64,000 nt of DNA, taken from the IMG/VR virus record IMGVR_UViG_2898133256_000001, positions 28,812 through 92,811 of that record; one strand, written 5' to 3'. The first letter of the stretch is position 1; every line of letters starts with the position of its first letter. A program made the translations under genes and the position numbers. This DNA comes from a virus (lineage: Duplodnaviria > Caudoviricetes). The notes below the pieces were generated by a model. That model saw only the letters and a list, made by a program, of their open reading frames with translations. It searched no databases and had not been told where the DNA came from. Positions 54,829 through 64,000 of the stretch are shown here, piece after piece.

Positions 54829-55595
54829 CGGCGCGCCCCTACCACTTCGGCCCAAGGCTGCGCGGCGCCGCCGCCAAGGCGCTGGGGCTATTGCACCTGA
54901 CCTGGGACAAGTGCCACGGCTGGCCAGCGTTGCTGCTGCGCGGCCCGAAGGACAGGCCCCTGCCTGGTGCGGTGCAAGTCTTGGTGACGGGCTACCCGGA
55001 CTACGTGGTTGCCGAGCACAGGGCGGGCCGTGCCGATCTCGTCCCTGGGTTTCTCGACATGGCCGCCTCTGCCTATGAGGCAGCGCTCGATGAGGAGCAG
55101 GGCCGTGCCCACCTCGAGTCCGGCAAGCAGGACACCAGGCCCGTCATGAGTATGACGATGGTCCCGTGGCGCTCGCCTGCGGAGCGCGCGCGCCCATGGC
55201 TGCCGCGCGCTTTCGCTGCGGCAACCCTGCTGGCGCTAGTGTGGCCAGCGGCAGTGCAGCACGCCCCCAATACTCGGGCCGCCATTTTCATCCCTGCGAC
55301 AGCGACTGACCCCGTGTGGGCGTCGACGCTTGATGTCTGGAGCGAGAAGCCGATTGGCGAAATACCACGGCGTTTGGTCCTGCCCGACAAACCACTTAAG
55401 GGGCAGGACACCCCGCCGTGCTGGGATGAGGATGCCGTGCGCATCAACAACGGGTGCTGGGTCCCCCTGCGCAAGACCCCGCCGTGCTCCCGCATGTCGG
55501 CCGAGTACAAGGGCGGTTGCTACAAGGCATCGCCAGAGGAAGAGGGCGGCCCCCAGCCGGACCCGGCAGGGAACTCCATCCGGAGGACGCGATGA
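54825..55595 (+). CDS. Single-TM protein with myxobacterial kinase-type extracellular Cys domain
   Basis: ATGA overlap with the repressor; TM AFAAATLLALVW; PDKPLKGQ..PPC...INNGCWV...PPC...EYKGGCY. Confidence 0.7.
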   Translation: MTARPYHFGPRLRGAAAKALGLLHLTWDKCHGWPALLLRGPKDRPLPGAVQVLVTGYPDYVVAEHRAGRADLVPGFLDMAASAYEAALDEEQGRAHLESGKQDTRPVMSMTMVPWRSPAERARPWLPRAFAAATLLALVWPAAVQHAPNTRAAIFIPATATDPVWASTLDVWSEKPIGEIPRRLVLPDKPLKGQDTPPCWDEDAVRINNGCWVPLRKTPPCSRMSAEYKGGCYKASPEEEGGPQPDPAGNSIRRTR

Positions 55596-55774
55596 CGCCG
55601 GCCACTGCAGCTCGGCGCCGCCCACGTCACCCGCGCACCATCACCCTCGTTGCCGTCCGGCGCGACACGAAGCTGTGCTGTCGCCGCGCGCGGCCAGTGG
55701 CCTGTGACTGCAGTTGCGCCACGGAGTGCCCGCTGCACGGCGAGAGTCACTCCGCGCACGCTGATGAGGTATAG
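55592..55774 (+). CDS. Small Cys/His-rich protein
   Basis: ATGA overlap; CC...CDC.C..ECPLHG. Confidence 0.5.
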   Translation: MTPATAARRRPRHPRTITLVAVRRDTKLCCRRARPVACDCSCATECPLHGESHSAHADEV

Positions 55775-56346
55775 CGAAGCACCTCGGACTTGACAGAGCC
55801 CGCGCCCCGGGCTCATCTTGTCCGTGCAGCACCCTCGCTGGGTTTTACGGATAGCCGGCGAGCCACACGACAACTTTAGAGTGGAAGTCCGGCCGCTTCG
55901 GCATGCCGGTAACCGCTCCGGTGCGCAGACGGTGCTCTATCCGTCATCGTCTGCCTCCGTCTTTTTCGGGTGCGTCGTGTCCATCGACCTCAGACAGCTC
56001 CGTGCCGTGACACTGGATGTTTCAGCGTCTCATTTCGAGCCGGGAGTCTCGTGTTTCGGACGGACGCGCGACCTAATCTCAGCCAGCCCGAAAGCTCGGA
56101 GGGACGCCGAAAACTCGGGTTCCCCGCGTACGGCAAAGGCGGTCAAGTTATTTCGACCGTCACATTTGCTTGCGGGTCTGGCGATTGGTATTAGGACTGA
56201 GTGGTTGCCGCAAGGCCCGTCTGTGTTTCACGTGACGGCCGGGAGTGAGCAACGAGCGACCACAGTCCAAGACGGGCGGCCCCCTGTCTTTGCATCGGCA
56301 CGAATACTGCTAAAGTGTTCAGGCGCTCATGGTCTGGTGGGGGAGT

Positions 56347-56643
56347 ATGAGTAACGAGAATCAGGATGCGGGGCCGGCAAACGAGACGGGGCCGAAGGAC
56401 GAGCGAAAACGCGCCAAGAGGACGCCTGTCCCTCGAAGTGAACTGCCTGCAGACGTGTGGCTGGTGGAGCACGTTGCGAAGTTCGCGGGGAAGTCGGATG
56501 GGTGGGTGTATTCCCTTGTGGCGGCCGGCGAGATTCCCTTCACCAAGAGGGGTGGTGCTCTCTACTTTGACCCGGAGACCATTGCCCGCTGGCTCGTGGG
56601 TAAACCTGTTGCCGTCACCCCGCCCAAGGGACGAGGCCACTGA
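56347..56643 (+). CDS. xis: Excisionase-like HTH protein
   Basis: VEHVAKF.GKS..WVYSLV..GEIP...G..YFD..TI.RW; TGATG-coupled to int. Confidence 0.75.
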   Translation: MSNENQDAGPANETGPKDERKRAKRTPVPRSELPADVWLVEHVAKFAGKSDGWVYSLVAAGEIPFTKRGGALYFDPETIARWLVGKPVAVTPPKGRGH

Positions 56644-57860
56644 TGGCCTACGTCCGCAAGAAGGCCGGGCGCAAAGGATTCACCGCGACGATTAAGTCGG
56701 CGAGCGGTGAGTTCCGGGAGGTCGCCGTCCCTGGGCGGACCAAGACGGAAGCGCGAAAGAATGCGCGCGACCTCGAGACCAAGGCATGGCGCGTCCGGCA
56801 CAACCTCGAGGTCGAACCGGGACTGCTGCTGCTGGTGACGGCCAGCGCTGACTACCTCAAGGCCATCAGGCATCACGAAGGCTGGAAGTCCACCGAGTCC
56901 CGCTGGCGGCTCCACATCCTGCCCGGGTTGGGTCGCAAGGCTGTCGCGCAGATTCTGCCCACGGACATTGAGGCGTTCCTTGCGACGAAGCAGGACGAGG
57001 GCTACTCCCAGCAGTCGCGCCGCCATCTACGAATGACGCTGTCCGCATTCTACCGGTGGGCCATCAAGGCGGAGCTTGCGATTCGGAACCCCGTCTCCGA
57101 GACGGAGACCATTGCTGTCCCGGTGGCTACGCCAGCAGCGCTCAAGTTCGAGCAGGTCGAGGTGTTGCGCGACGCCGCTGGCGTCCAGTGGCTTGCCGAC
57201 CTTATCTGGGTCGCCGCCCACCTCGGACTTCGATACGCCGAGCTGCGCCAGGTCGAATGGACGCACATCGATTGGCGCAATCGGCGCATCGCCACCAAGC
57301 GCGCCAAGCGCATCGCCGGTCGCGAGCGCCGGACTCCGCCCAGGCCGGCGTCCATCCCGGAGTCGTTGATTCCCTACCTCCGGGAGATGCACAAGCGGCG
57401 GCGCGGCAACTTTCTCTTCTGCTACGAGGACGGCGGCCAGCTGCCGACGAGCAGTCCGGATGCTCGATTCAAGAGTGCCCTCAAGGCCGCAGGCATCGTC
57501 TCTGGCTACCGGCGCATCTGCAGGCGGCAGACGTGCCGGTACGAGGAGAAGTCCAAGGTGGGGCGCAGCGTCGAGTGCCCCAAGTGCGGCTTCCTCCTGT
57601 GGGTGAGCCCCATTCATGGCGGCTACAGCTTCAAAAGCCTCAGGAGTACCCTGATTACGCACATCATCGACACGACGGGGAACCCGCGGGCGGCGCAGCT
57701 CCAGGCTGACCAGGCCGATATTCGAACGACGCTCAACCACTACCATGCGGCCGACCTTGACGTTCAAGGTGCGGCCATCGACAAGGCGTTCGCCGGTAGC
57801 GGCACTAATACCCCGCCGCGTGCCATGGCGGCTGCCGGGCGCCCGCGTTCGCCCGAATAG
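56643..57860 (+). CDS. int: Tyrosine integrase with Zn-ribbon insert
   Basis: LGLRYAEL, CRRQTC...CPKCG insert, SFKSLRST, TTLNHY; adjacent to the att site. Confidence 0.9.
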   Translation: MAYVRKKAGRKGFTATIKSASGEFREVAVPGRTKTEARKNARDLETKAWRVRHNLEVEPGLLLLVTASADYLKAIRHHEGWKSTESRWRLHILPGLGRKAVAQILPTDIEAFLATKQDEGYSQQSRRHLRMTLSAFYRWAIKAELAIRNPVSETETIAVPVATPAALKFEQVEVLRDAAGVQWLADLIWVAAHLGLRYAELRQVEWTHIDWRNRRIATKRAKRIAGRERRTPPRPASIPESLIPYLREMHKRRRGNFLFCYEDGGQLPTSSPDARFKSALKAAGIVSGYRRICRRQTCRYEEKSKVGRSVECPKCGFLLWVSPIHGGYSFKSLRSTLITHIIDTTGNPRAAQLQADQADIRTTLNHYHAADLDVQGAAIDKAFAGSGTNTPPRAMAAAGRPRSPE

Positions 57861-57999
57861 TGCCCGAAGAATTTTGATGAAAGCTCACGAACGAACGTGA
57901 GTGAACGGGAAGAAGTGGCACCCGGACGAAAGACAAACAGCAGAAAACAGGAAGGAAAGCGAATGTTCAGCGCCGCGACGGAAACTTCGACACCGAAGA

Positions 58000-58050
58000 C
58001 GTTGGCCTCCGGAGCCAAAGGCCACAGGTTCGAATCCTGTATCGCGCGCA
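58000..58050 (+). other. att site: 3' half of tRNA-Arg(CCG)
   Basis: Anticodon arm TTGGC-CTCCGGA-GCCAA and T-arm ACAGG-TTCGAAT-CCTGT; no 5' acceptor strand or D-arm upstream. Confidence 0.85.
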
Positions 58051-58175
58051 GAGGAACGTGCCCGGGATACTTGGGGTTTTTCCCCGAGCATCCCGGGCGC
58101 TGACTCCCGCTCCGGCACCTCCACCCAGCGATTTCCCACCTGGCCGCGAAGCCGGAAGAGCGTCCTCGTGTCGGA

Positions 58176-58425
58176 GGACGTCAGCGGGCTGCCGTGCGAG
58201 GAGTTGGGCCTGCTCCTTGGCGAACTCCTTGTGGAGTTGGGGGACAGGCCCGGCGTGGTGGCGGCCTCCACCATCGGCCTCTCGGTGCAGCGGAGGGAAG
58301 GTGGGTCCTTCGGGCTTCTCCGCCCACGTTGGAGCCCTCGTCGCCCCCCGCATGTGTCGCCAGTGGACGTTCCGTCTGGTCGACTGCGGGAACCGGGACC
58401 TGCGCCGGAGCGCGAGGCCGCGACA
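58176..58425 (+). pseudogene. Decayed fragment of DnaC/IstB-like gene (homologous to 62930-63184)
   Basis: Clear nucleotide similarity (GACGTCAGCGG, GTGCAGCGGAGGGA, GACTGCGG.AACCGGGACCTGCGCCGG) with frameshifts. Confidence 0.8.
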
Positions 58426-58476
58426 CCGTCTCCGTGTGCTGGTGGCCGTGGTGCTGAGGTGAGGTTGTTTCGTGCC

Positions 58477-58827
58477 TCAGGCTGCGCGCCTGGCTTCGCG
58501 GTGCGTCCGCTGCAGCTCTCCCGTCATGGTGAAGATGGCGGAGAGCCCGCATGCCGGACACGTCACCTGGATTGTTGGCGGAGGTGGTGGTGGCGGCTTG
58601 TACCCAGGAGCCGGGTTCACGAGAGGCCGCAACTCTGGCGGACGAGAGTCAGGCTCAATGTCACCATAACTTGCCTGGCATTCGGGGCAGTGGAGACGCC
58701 GAAGCAGTGGACGGATGACGGTCCGGTTGTATCGCCACACGACGAGCATCAAGACCATCACCACGAGCGCGACGCACGCGACCACGCCGGCGCAGAACAC
58801 CAGAAAATCGGCAGGCTCCAAGGGCAC
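58477..58827 (-). CDS. Membrane-anchored Zn-ribbon protein
   Basis: N-terminal TM; CPEC...CPAC. Confidence 0.5.
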   Translation of the reverse strand: MPLEPADFLVFCAGVVACVALVVMVLMLVVWRYNRTVIRPLLRRLHCPECQASYGDIEPDSRPPELRPLVNPAPGYKPPPPPPPTIQVTCPACGLSAIFTMTGELQRTHREARRAA

Positions 58828-58883
58828 CCCCTGACGCTACGAGTGTACCAGGGCACGTGTGCAGGGTGGCTCCGGGGGCAGGG

Positions 58884-59260
58884 ATGACGCGCTCGCGCAT
58901 CGAGTTCGTGCTGCCCGTGGGCACGAAGAACACGAGCAAGGTCCGTGACCGCCACCAGGTGCGAGCGAAGCGGGAGAAGGGGCCGCGCCAGGCCACGGAG
59001 CTGCTTTGGCCAGGGTGGACGGGCCCGGTGCTGCTGGTCGTGCGGCTGACACGTGTGTCGCCGCGGCTCCTGGCGGGCGGGGACTCCCTGCCCATCGTGC
59101 TGAAGAGCGTCCGCGACGAGGTGGCCCGGCAGCTCCGTGTCGACGACTCGTCACCTTTGGTTCGGTGGGTCTACGCACAATCGCGGGGAGAGTCCTCCGT
59201 GTTGGTGGAGCTGTCCTGGGGTGAGGATGCGCTCGCGGCGGCGGTCCGTGCACGGGACCG
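58884..59260 (+). pseudogene. RusA-like resolvase remnant
   Basis: VVRLTRVSPR...DSL...LKSVRDEVARQLRVDD..VRWVYAQ; run-on C-terminus. Confidence 0.55.
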
Positions 59261-59626
59261 CTCACCCCACCCGCCAGCCGCGTTTCTTCCAACTGTCCCT
59301 GGGGTGTGCGGACCGCCTTCCCGACTGCTCCGACTCGCGGTCCGCCTGGCCGCCCCCGTTACGAACAGCTTGGGTGACCCGCCTGCGATCCATTACCCCG
59401 GTCCGTCACACCAGCCTGATGGCGTCCTCTACAACGGCATCAAGCGGCAGCGGTGAGGGGGCATCGCTTGTGACGCAGGACTTCGCTTTCCTGCGAGGCG
59501 AGGGCCACTTAGTGCTTCGTGCGAGCGGTGGCGGGGGGGTATCAGCTTCCGGCACGCCGGACGGCGCGGCCGCCCGGGGCTGGGTGGATGGGCGGAAGAA
59601 GCCCAGGTTCCTACGAGGAGGAGTTG

Positions 59627-59977
59627 ATGAAGTGGTTGATTCTATTCTGTAACTTCATCGTCGCGTTCGGAACCGTAGGGGTCGTCACGCTTGTCCTCCG
59701 GCTGGTTGTGAAGCGCCATTTCTTCGCGGCCACCCTCGCGTGGGGAATCTCCTGCGCTCTGGTCGCCGCTGGATTGGGTGACAGCGCGGATCAGGGGCCG
59801 GCTTGGCCTGACGGCCTGACACCGACCGTCGTCGTCCTCCATGCCCTGGCGTCCCTCACGGTGGCCTCCATCCCTATTATCCGGCAGTGGTACATCGAGA
59901 GACAGCGGAAGGCTGGATTGTACTGGACGGCGGATGATGAGGAGCCGAAGCCCCCCGGACGCCGAAACCTGCTCTGA
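59627..59977 (+). CDS. Hypothetical membrane protein (3 TM)
   Basis: GAGGAGG RBS; hydrophobic segments. Confidence 0.6.
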   Translation: MKWLILFCNFIVAFGTVGVVTLVLRLVVKRHFFAATLAWGISCALVAAGLGDSADQGPAWPDGLTPTVVVLHALASLTVASIPIIRQWYIERQRKAGLYWTADDEEPKPPGRRNLL

Positions 59978-59988
59978 GGGGCATCCCT

Positions 59989-60792
59989 TTAAACCTCTTG
60001 CTTGACGCAATAGACGGTGCCGGCAGCAAGGATGCGTGATGTCGCGACCTGCCGGCGCACCTCGCTGCCCGGGGCGTAGCCGTTCTTCTTCCGTGGCTTC
60101 GGCCCGCGAGGGTGTTTGAGGAGCATCGCCGGGTCGACGTGTGTTGCCATTTTCACGAGCGTCCGGGCCAACTGCTTCGACGTCTGTCTTTCGTGCGGCA
60201 CCCATACCTCTTCCGGAACGGCGACCTTCATTCCGCCGTAGTCCTCGCGCAATTCGGCCGCGATGTAGAAAGAGGAGATGGGCTTCTGCTCGCATACCGG
60301 ATGGGCGGTCTGCACCGCCTGCAAGTGGGCCAACACGTCGTAGGCCGCCAGTGCGACGCAGAAGCCAAGCAGGGCGCCTCGAGGCGAGCCAAGGCTTCGC
60401 ACCTCACTTTCAAGGCCTGACTCCAGGCGGCCAAAGAGGCATTCAATCCGCCAGCGTGTGCGGTACAGCCGTGCGAGCGTTGTCGCCCGCTTGCGCTCCG
60501 CCGGGACATTCGTCAGCAACCGGATGACGGTGTCGCCGTCGTCGGTGGGCGTATCGAGTTCAATCTCGATGCGCCGCAGTCGCATCGCGCCGCCTGCTCC
60601 GTCGGGAATGGACACCGGTTGCTCGAAGACCGTCCCGTCTCGACGTGCCCCACCTCGCGTCGCGGGCGTTCCTCGGTCGGCGAGGGATTGCGAGCATGCT
60701 CCCGCACGAGCAGGAAGGCGCCGCACGACTTCCTGCTCGACCATCGACTCCTCCGCTGTCGCGCGGAGGGCTACTACCGCCATCTCTCCCAT
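59989..60792 (-). pseudogene. IS4-family transposase, C-terminal fragment
   Basis: LLTNVP...LYRTRWRIECLF (YxxRWxIE signature); N-terminus missing. Confidence 0.8.
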
Positions 60793-61078
60793 TGCTGACT
60801 GCCTCCCTCGGTTGTCGGCCCGGGGAGGGGGTCGGTTTTAGTGTCGCGAGGGGGGCAATTTTGCTGTCGCTCTACACCCCAGGCCAACAGTGGCCAGGGA
60901 GCGACCGTCCGCACAGGGCCCAGGGCGTGCCGACGGGGCTGTCCCTTCGCACGCCTGCTCACCTTCCTCCCTCACGGGGAGCCGATGCCGAAGATGTTTA
61001 AAGGGATGGGGCCAAGGACCTGGATGAGACGCGCGGCGCCGTGGAAACCCGGGTGAGGCAGTCGCATGTCGACATGGG

Positions 61079-61488
61079 CTAATACGACCTGGTCACTTCA
61101 AGAATGCGTGAGGGTGGGCGAAGTGTTCCGACTGCATGGCGCCGAGGCAGTTGAAGCGACTGGAGGGAGAGCTGGCGAGCTTCCTTGAGTCGAGTTTCTC
61201 GGGCCTGGGCCGGGTAGAACGGCGACGGGCGATGGACTGGTACGTGAAGGGCCTTCTGCTTGAGGGCGAGCGCAAGAGCATCGACCCGGTGGCAGGTCGG
61301 CTGATGGAGGAGGCTGGCGAGCAGGAGGCCATGCGCCAGCGTCTCCAACAATGCGTCAGCGGCAGCGCCTGGGCGGACGAGGAAGTCAGGCGCCGACTGG
61401 CACTGAAGCTGGAGGCGGACCTGCCTGGAATTGAAGCCCTGGTGCCTCCGCCTGAGCAGCCCTCGCAGATGTGACCAAGTCGTATTAG
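61079..61488 (+). mobile_element. Internally deleted IS701-like element with intact terminal inverted repeats
   Basis: 18-bp TIRs CTAATACGAC(C/T)TGGTCAC; ORF 61136-61474 YVKGLLLEGERKSI.P.A...QRLQQ. Confidence 0.85.
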
Positions 61489-61546
61489 AAGCAGAAGGGA
61501 GGTCGGCCAATCCTATTGCAGATGCATTCACCAGGGGGTCGTGTCC

Positions 61547-62068
61547 CTATAAGTGTGTAGATGGCGAGGAGGGACGGGCGGGAAAGAGGCCCGCGGAGAT
61601 GAACGCCGGACCCGCGCACCCACTTTGCTCAAAGTAGATCGATACCTGATAGGCGTAGACCGTTGCCTTGTCGGCGTCGATGAGCCAGAGCCGCCCGTTC
61701 GAGTCCGGCCAATAGCCAGTCCCGCTGTTCGCAACCTCCTTCCCATCGGCATCGACATAGATGAATCCTGTTCCCGGGGCCGCCCCTGGCCCTGCTGGCC
61801 CCTCGGGCCCGGTGAGTCCTACCGGGCCCTGGGAACCTGCCGGACCTTGTGCTCCTGCGAGTCCCTGCGACCCCGCCGGACCTTGTGGACCCGTGAGTCC
61901 TACCAGCCCCTGCGGACCTGCTGGACCTTGCAGGCCCGTGAGTCCAGCCGGGCCAGGTGGGCCCTGCGGACCCTGTTTCCCTTCGGCACCGTCTTTCCCA
62001 TTTGAGCCATCCGACGACTTCGAGCAAGCCACTGCGGTCACAATCGTAAGGATGAGAGCCATTCGCAT
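61547..62068 (-). CDS. Collagen-like (Gly-X-Y) lipoprotein
   Basis: VTAVAC lipobox; run of GPQ/GPA/GLT triplets. Confidence 0.75.
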   Translation of the reverse strand: MRMALILTIVTAVACSKSSDGSNGKDGAEGKQGPQGPPGPAGLTGLQGPAGPQGLVGLTGPQGPAGSQGLAGAQGPAGSQGPVGLTGPEGPAGPGAAPGTGFIYVDADGKEVANSGTGYWPDSNGRLWLIDADKATVYAYQVSIYFEQSGCAGPAFISAGLFPARPSSPSTHL

Positions 62069-62168
62069 GCTCCATCTATATCAAGGAGGCTCGTCAGGTA
62101 GAGATGGGTTCCTGCCATGGGTGCCGCCGGTCAGTCCATCTCGGGGCTCATCACATTCACTGCCGCCT

Positions 62169-62227
62169 GAAGGGTTTCCACTCCCACGACGTCAGCGCCG
62201 AGTTCCAGGAGGTGATGGGGTAGGGCG
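62169..62227 (+). repeat. Remnant of the gpM-like gene 3' end (cf. 16462-16520)
   Basis: Shared CACGACGTCAGCGCCGAGTTCCAGGAGG...GGGGTA.GGCG. Confidence 0.8.
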
Positions 62228-62362
62228 CAGCCTGCCGCGGGAGCCCGCGGCCTGCCTCGCCTACTCCGTGGATGGCGCATGTGAGAGGCTGCACCGAGTC
62301 CTGTGGGCTCCGGGCCATCGCCTCAGGGCCGATGACGCTCAGGAAGGAGTGTTGGGCAGTCC

Positions 62363-63184
62363 ATGAGTCGAGACGACGAGAAGGCGCCGCCAGCCGATCC
62401 CCAGCGGCAAGGGCCCCAGCGACTGGCGGACCTGATGCGGAAGGGAATGTCCCAGGCGCGTGAGCGGCCTTCGGCGGGGCTGGCCCAGCTCGAGGCCGAC
62501 TGGAAGCAGCGAGAGGTGGAGTCACAGCAGGCGAAAGCGACGGAGCGGGCCCGGCACGAGGCCGCCCATGCCGAAGCGTGGCCGCTGCACCTGAAGCGGT
62601 GCCACGCCCCTCCTGAAGCGGTGGAAGCCCTCGCCGGGGACAAGGTGCTGGAGACGGCTGCGCTGCGCGCCGCGAAGCACGTCTTGCATGAGGGGCTGCG
62701 CACGCTGTTGCTGTCCGGCGGCACCGGAGTGGGGAAGACGGTGGGGGCGTGCCACCTCTTCCGCCTCGCGGTGCGCTCCGAGACGCACGGCGGCCAGCGT
62801 CTGCCCGAGTGGGACGCGTCCGCCGGGGTCTACGTGAGCTGGTCGCAGTTGAAGCGCGCCAGCGACCACGAGGCGGAGGACATGCTTCTTCTCCAGCGAG
62901 CTGTCCAGGTGCGCGTCCTGGTCGTGGACGACGTCAGCGGGCCACCGGGCGAGGAGGTGGGTCCTCGCCAGCGGGAACTCCTCGAGGAACTGGTGGACAG
63001 GCGGGACAGGCCGGGCCTGGTGACGGCGTACACCACTCGCCTGTCAGTGCAGCGGAGGGACGGTGGGTCCTCGGATTTCGCCACCCGCGTTGGCGCCCGC
63101 GTCGTCTCTCGAATGAGCCGCCAGGGCACGTTCCACCTGGCCGACTGCGGAAACCGGGACCTGCGCCGGGGAGCGACGCCGTGA
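62363..63184 (+). CDS. DnaC/IstB-like ATP-binding protein (phage helicase loader)
   Basis: LSGGTGVGKT, VLVVDDV, ELVDRR, YTT, GARVVSRM. Confidence 0.8.
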   Translation: MSRDDEKAPPADPQRQGPQRLADLMRKGMSQARERPSAGLAQLEADWKQREVESQQAKATERARHEAAHAEAWPLHLKRCHAPPEAVEALAGDKVLETAALRAAKHVLHEGLRTLLLSGGTGVGKTVGACHLFRLAVRSETHGGQRLPEWDASAGVYVSWSQLKRASDHEAEDMLLLQRAVQVRVLVVDDVSGPPGEEVGPRQRELLEELVDRRDRPGLVTAYTTRLSVQRRDGGSSDFATRVGARVVSRMSRQGTFHLADCGNRDLRRGATP

Positions 63185-63379
63185 CGCAGGTACTGGCGAG
63201 CGGGAGGTGCTCTGGAGGCACCTGCGCAGCCGGAGGGGAACTCAGTGCCGTCGAGGCCTGGAACGTCCGGCACCGCTCGGCCTATGAGGAGGCCTGACGT
63301 TCAGCGTCGATCCGCGGAACGAGTTCCTCTGGCTGCGATTCGGTGAACGGTATCGGCTACGTCGTAAGGGAGATCATCA

Positions 63380-64000
63380 GTGACGACCATGCACATCAAG
63401 ACGCTGCGGGTGCACGAAGCCATTCGGGCTCGTCCGGGAATGTATCTGGGAGGGGAAGACCGGCGCGCACAGGCCGCTATATTGCTCAAACTGACGGTCG
63501 AATCCGTGGCCTCGACGAGTGATGGACCCGAGAGGATTCCGGTAGAGCTTCGGATATGGCCTGGGCCTGTATTCGAGTTGTCCTGCCCATGGGCGGACGC
63601 TCCGTTCCAATTGGTCAGCGAGCGCGGGGCTTCACTCAGCGTCATCGACCGGCACATGATGACCCTCTACGCTGGTGGCCCTCCCTTGTGGGGCTTGATT
63701 GATGGGCACGGCATCATCCTCAATGCACTGTCGTCGCGAGTTCTCCTGCAGACCTCAAACGGCGAGACGCGGCGAGAGGCAATGTACTCACGAGGGGGCA
63801 TCATCACTCCAATGATGGACTTGCTGAACTCCTCATTGAACGGCACGCGCGTCGTCTTTGAACTCGACCCGCTATTCTTCGATGCCGATGCGCGGGCCCA
63901 TGCTCATTCGGATGCTGTGATTGAGGACCTGCGTACCCGATTCCCGTGGCTGACGGTTTCGCAACGTGCGGCCGATGTCACTGCTGGGGACCCGTGGTGA
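63380..64000 (+). CDS. Protein resembling the GyrB/ParE N-terminal region (degenerate GHKL)
   Basis: EAIRARPGMYLG, TLYAGG, LNALSSR, GTRVVFELD; only 206 aa. Confidence 0.6.
   Translation: MTTMHIKTLRVHEAIRARPGMYLGGEDRRAQAAILLKLTVESVASTSDGPERIPVELRIWPGPVFELSCPWADAPFQLVSERGASLSVIDRHMMTLYAGGPPLWGLIDGHGIILNALSSRVLLQTSNGETRREAMYSRGGIITPMMDLLNSSLNGTRVVFELDPLFFDADARAHAHSDAVIEDLRTRFPWLTVSQRAADVTAGDPW

Larger units (their letters stand above)
1..58050. mobile_element. Lambda-like (siphovirus) prophage, right portion; left end lies outside the window
   Basis: Ordered head-neck-tail-lysis genes, early operon, repressor, xis/int, then a 3' tRNA fragment directly after int. Confidence 0.93.

Noticed and set aside
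57975-58050. Intact tRNA-Arg gene
   Set aside because: No 5' acceptor strand complementary to ATCGCGC and no D-arm; only the 3' half is present
61780-62000. Short periodic repeats as a CRISPR or other DNA array
   Set aside because: Explained by Gly-X-Y collagen codons
63380-64000. Genuine gyrB/parE
   Set aside because: Far too short and lacks ATP-binding, transducer and TOPRIM regions

Overview
High-GC DNA, most likely from a myxobacterium (Myxococcaceae-like; inferred from gene families). Bases 1-~58050 are the right-hand part of a lambda-like siphovirus prophage. On the + strand: capsid end, neck and tail genes, a G/GT frameshift chaperone, tape measure, gpM/L/K/I/J-like tail tip, tail fibre and a lysis cluster. 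These are followed by a long leftward early operon (Cas4-like nuclease, Sak4-like ATPase, SSB, lipoproteins, an amidohydrolase), a divergent RHH repressor switch, xis and int, ending at a 3' tRNA-Arg(CCG) fragment (att site). Mostly antisense cargo sits between tail genes: lipoproteins, a secreted caspase pair, a SMEK protein, an AAA-ATPase/S8 protease (IetAS-like) operon and, on the + strand, an AHH nuclease/immunity pair. Beyond the att site are decayed remnants of a related phage plus IS4 and IS701 fragments. Most striking: two different tail-tip proteins (gpI-like and tail fibre) each end in a Gly-rich linker plus an endonuclease-free Hint (intein-like) domain. Also notable: a 5-copy promoter-like motif that recurs after cargo insertions, a candidate -1 frameshift extending the holin-like gene, and a repressor-coupled membrane protein carrying a myxobacterial kinase-type extracellular domain. 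All family assignments come from motif recognition by eye; no searches were run.
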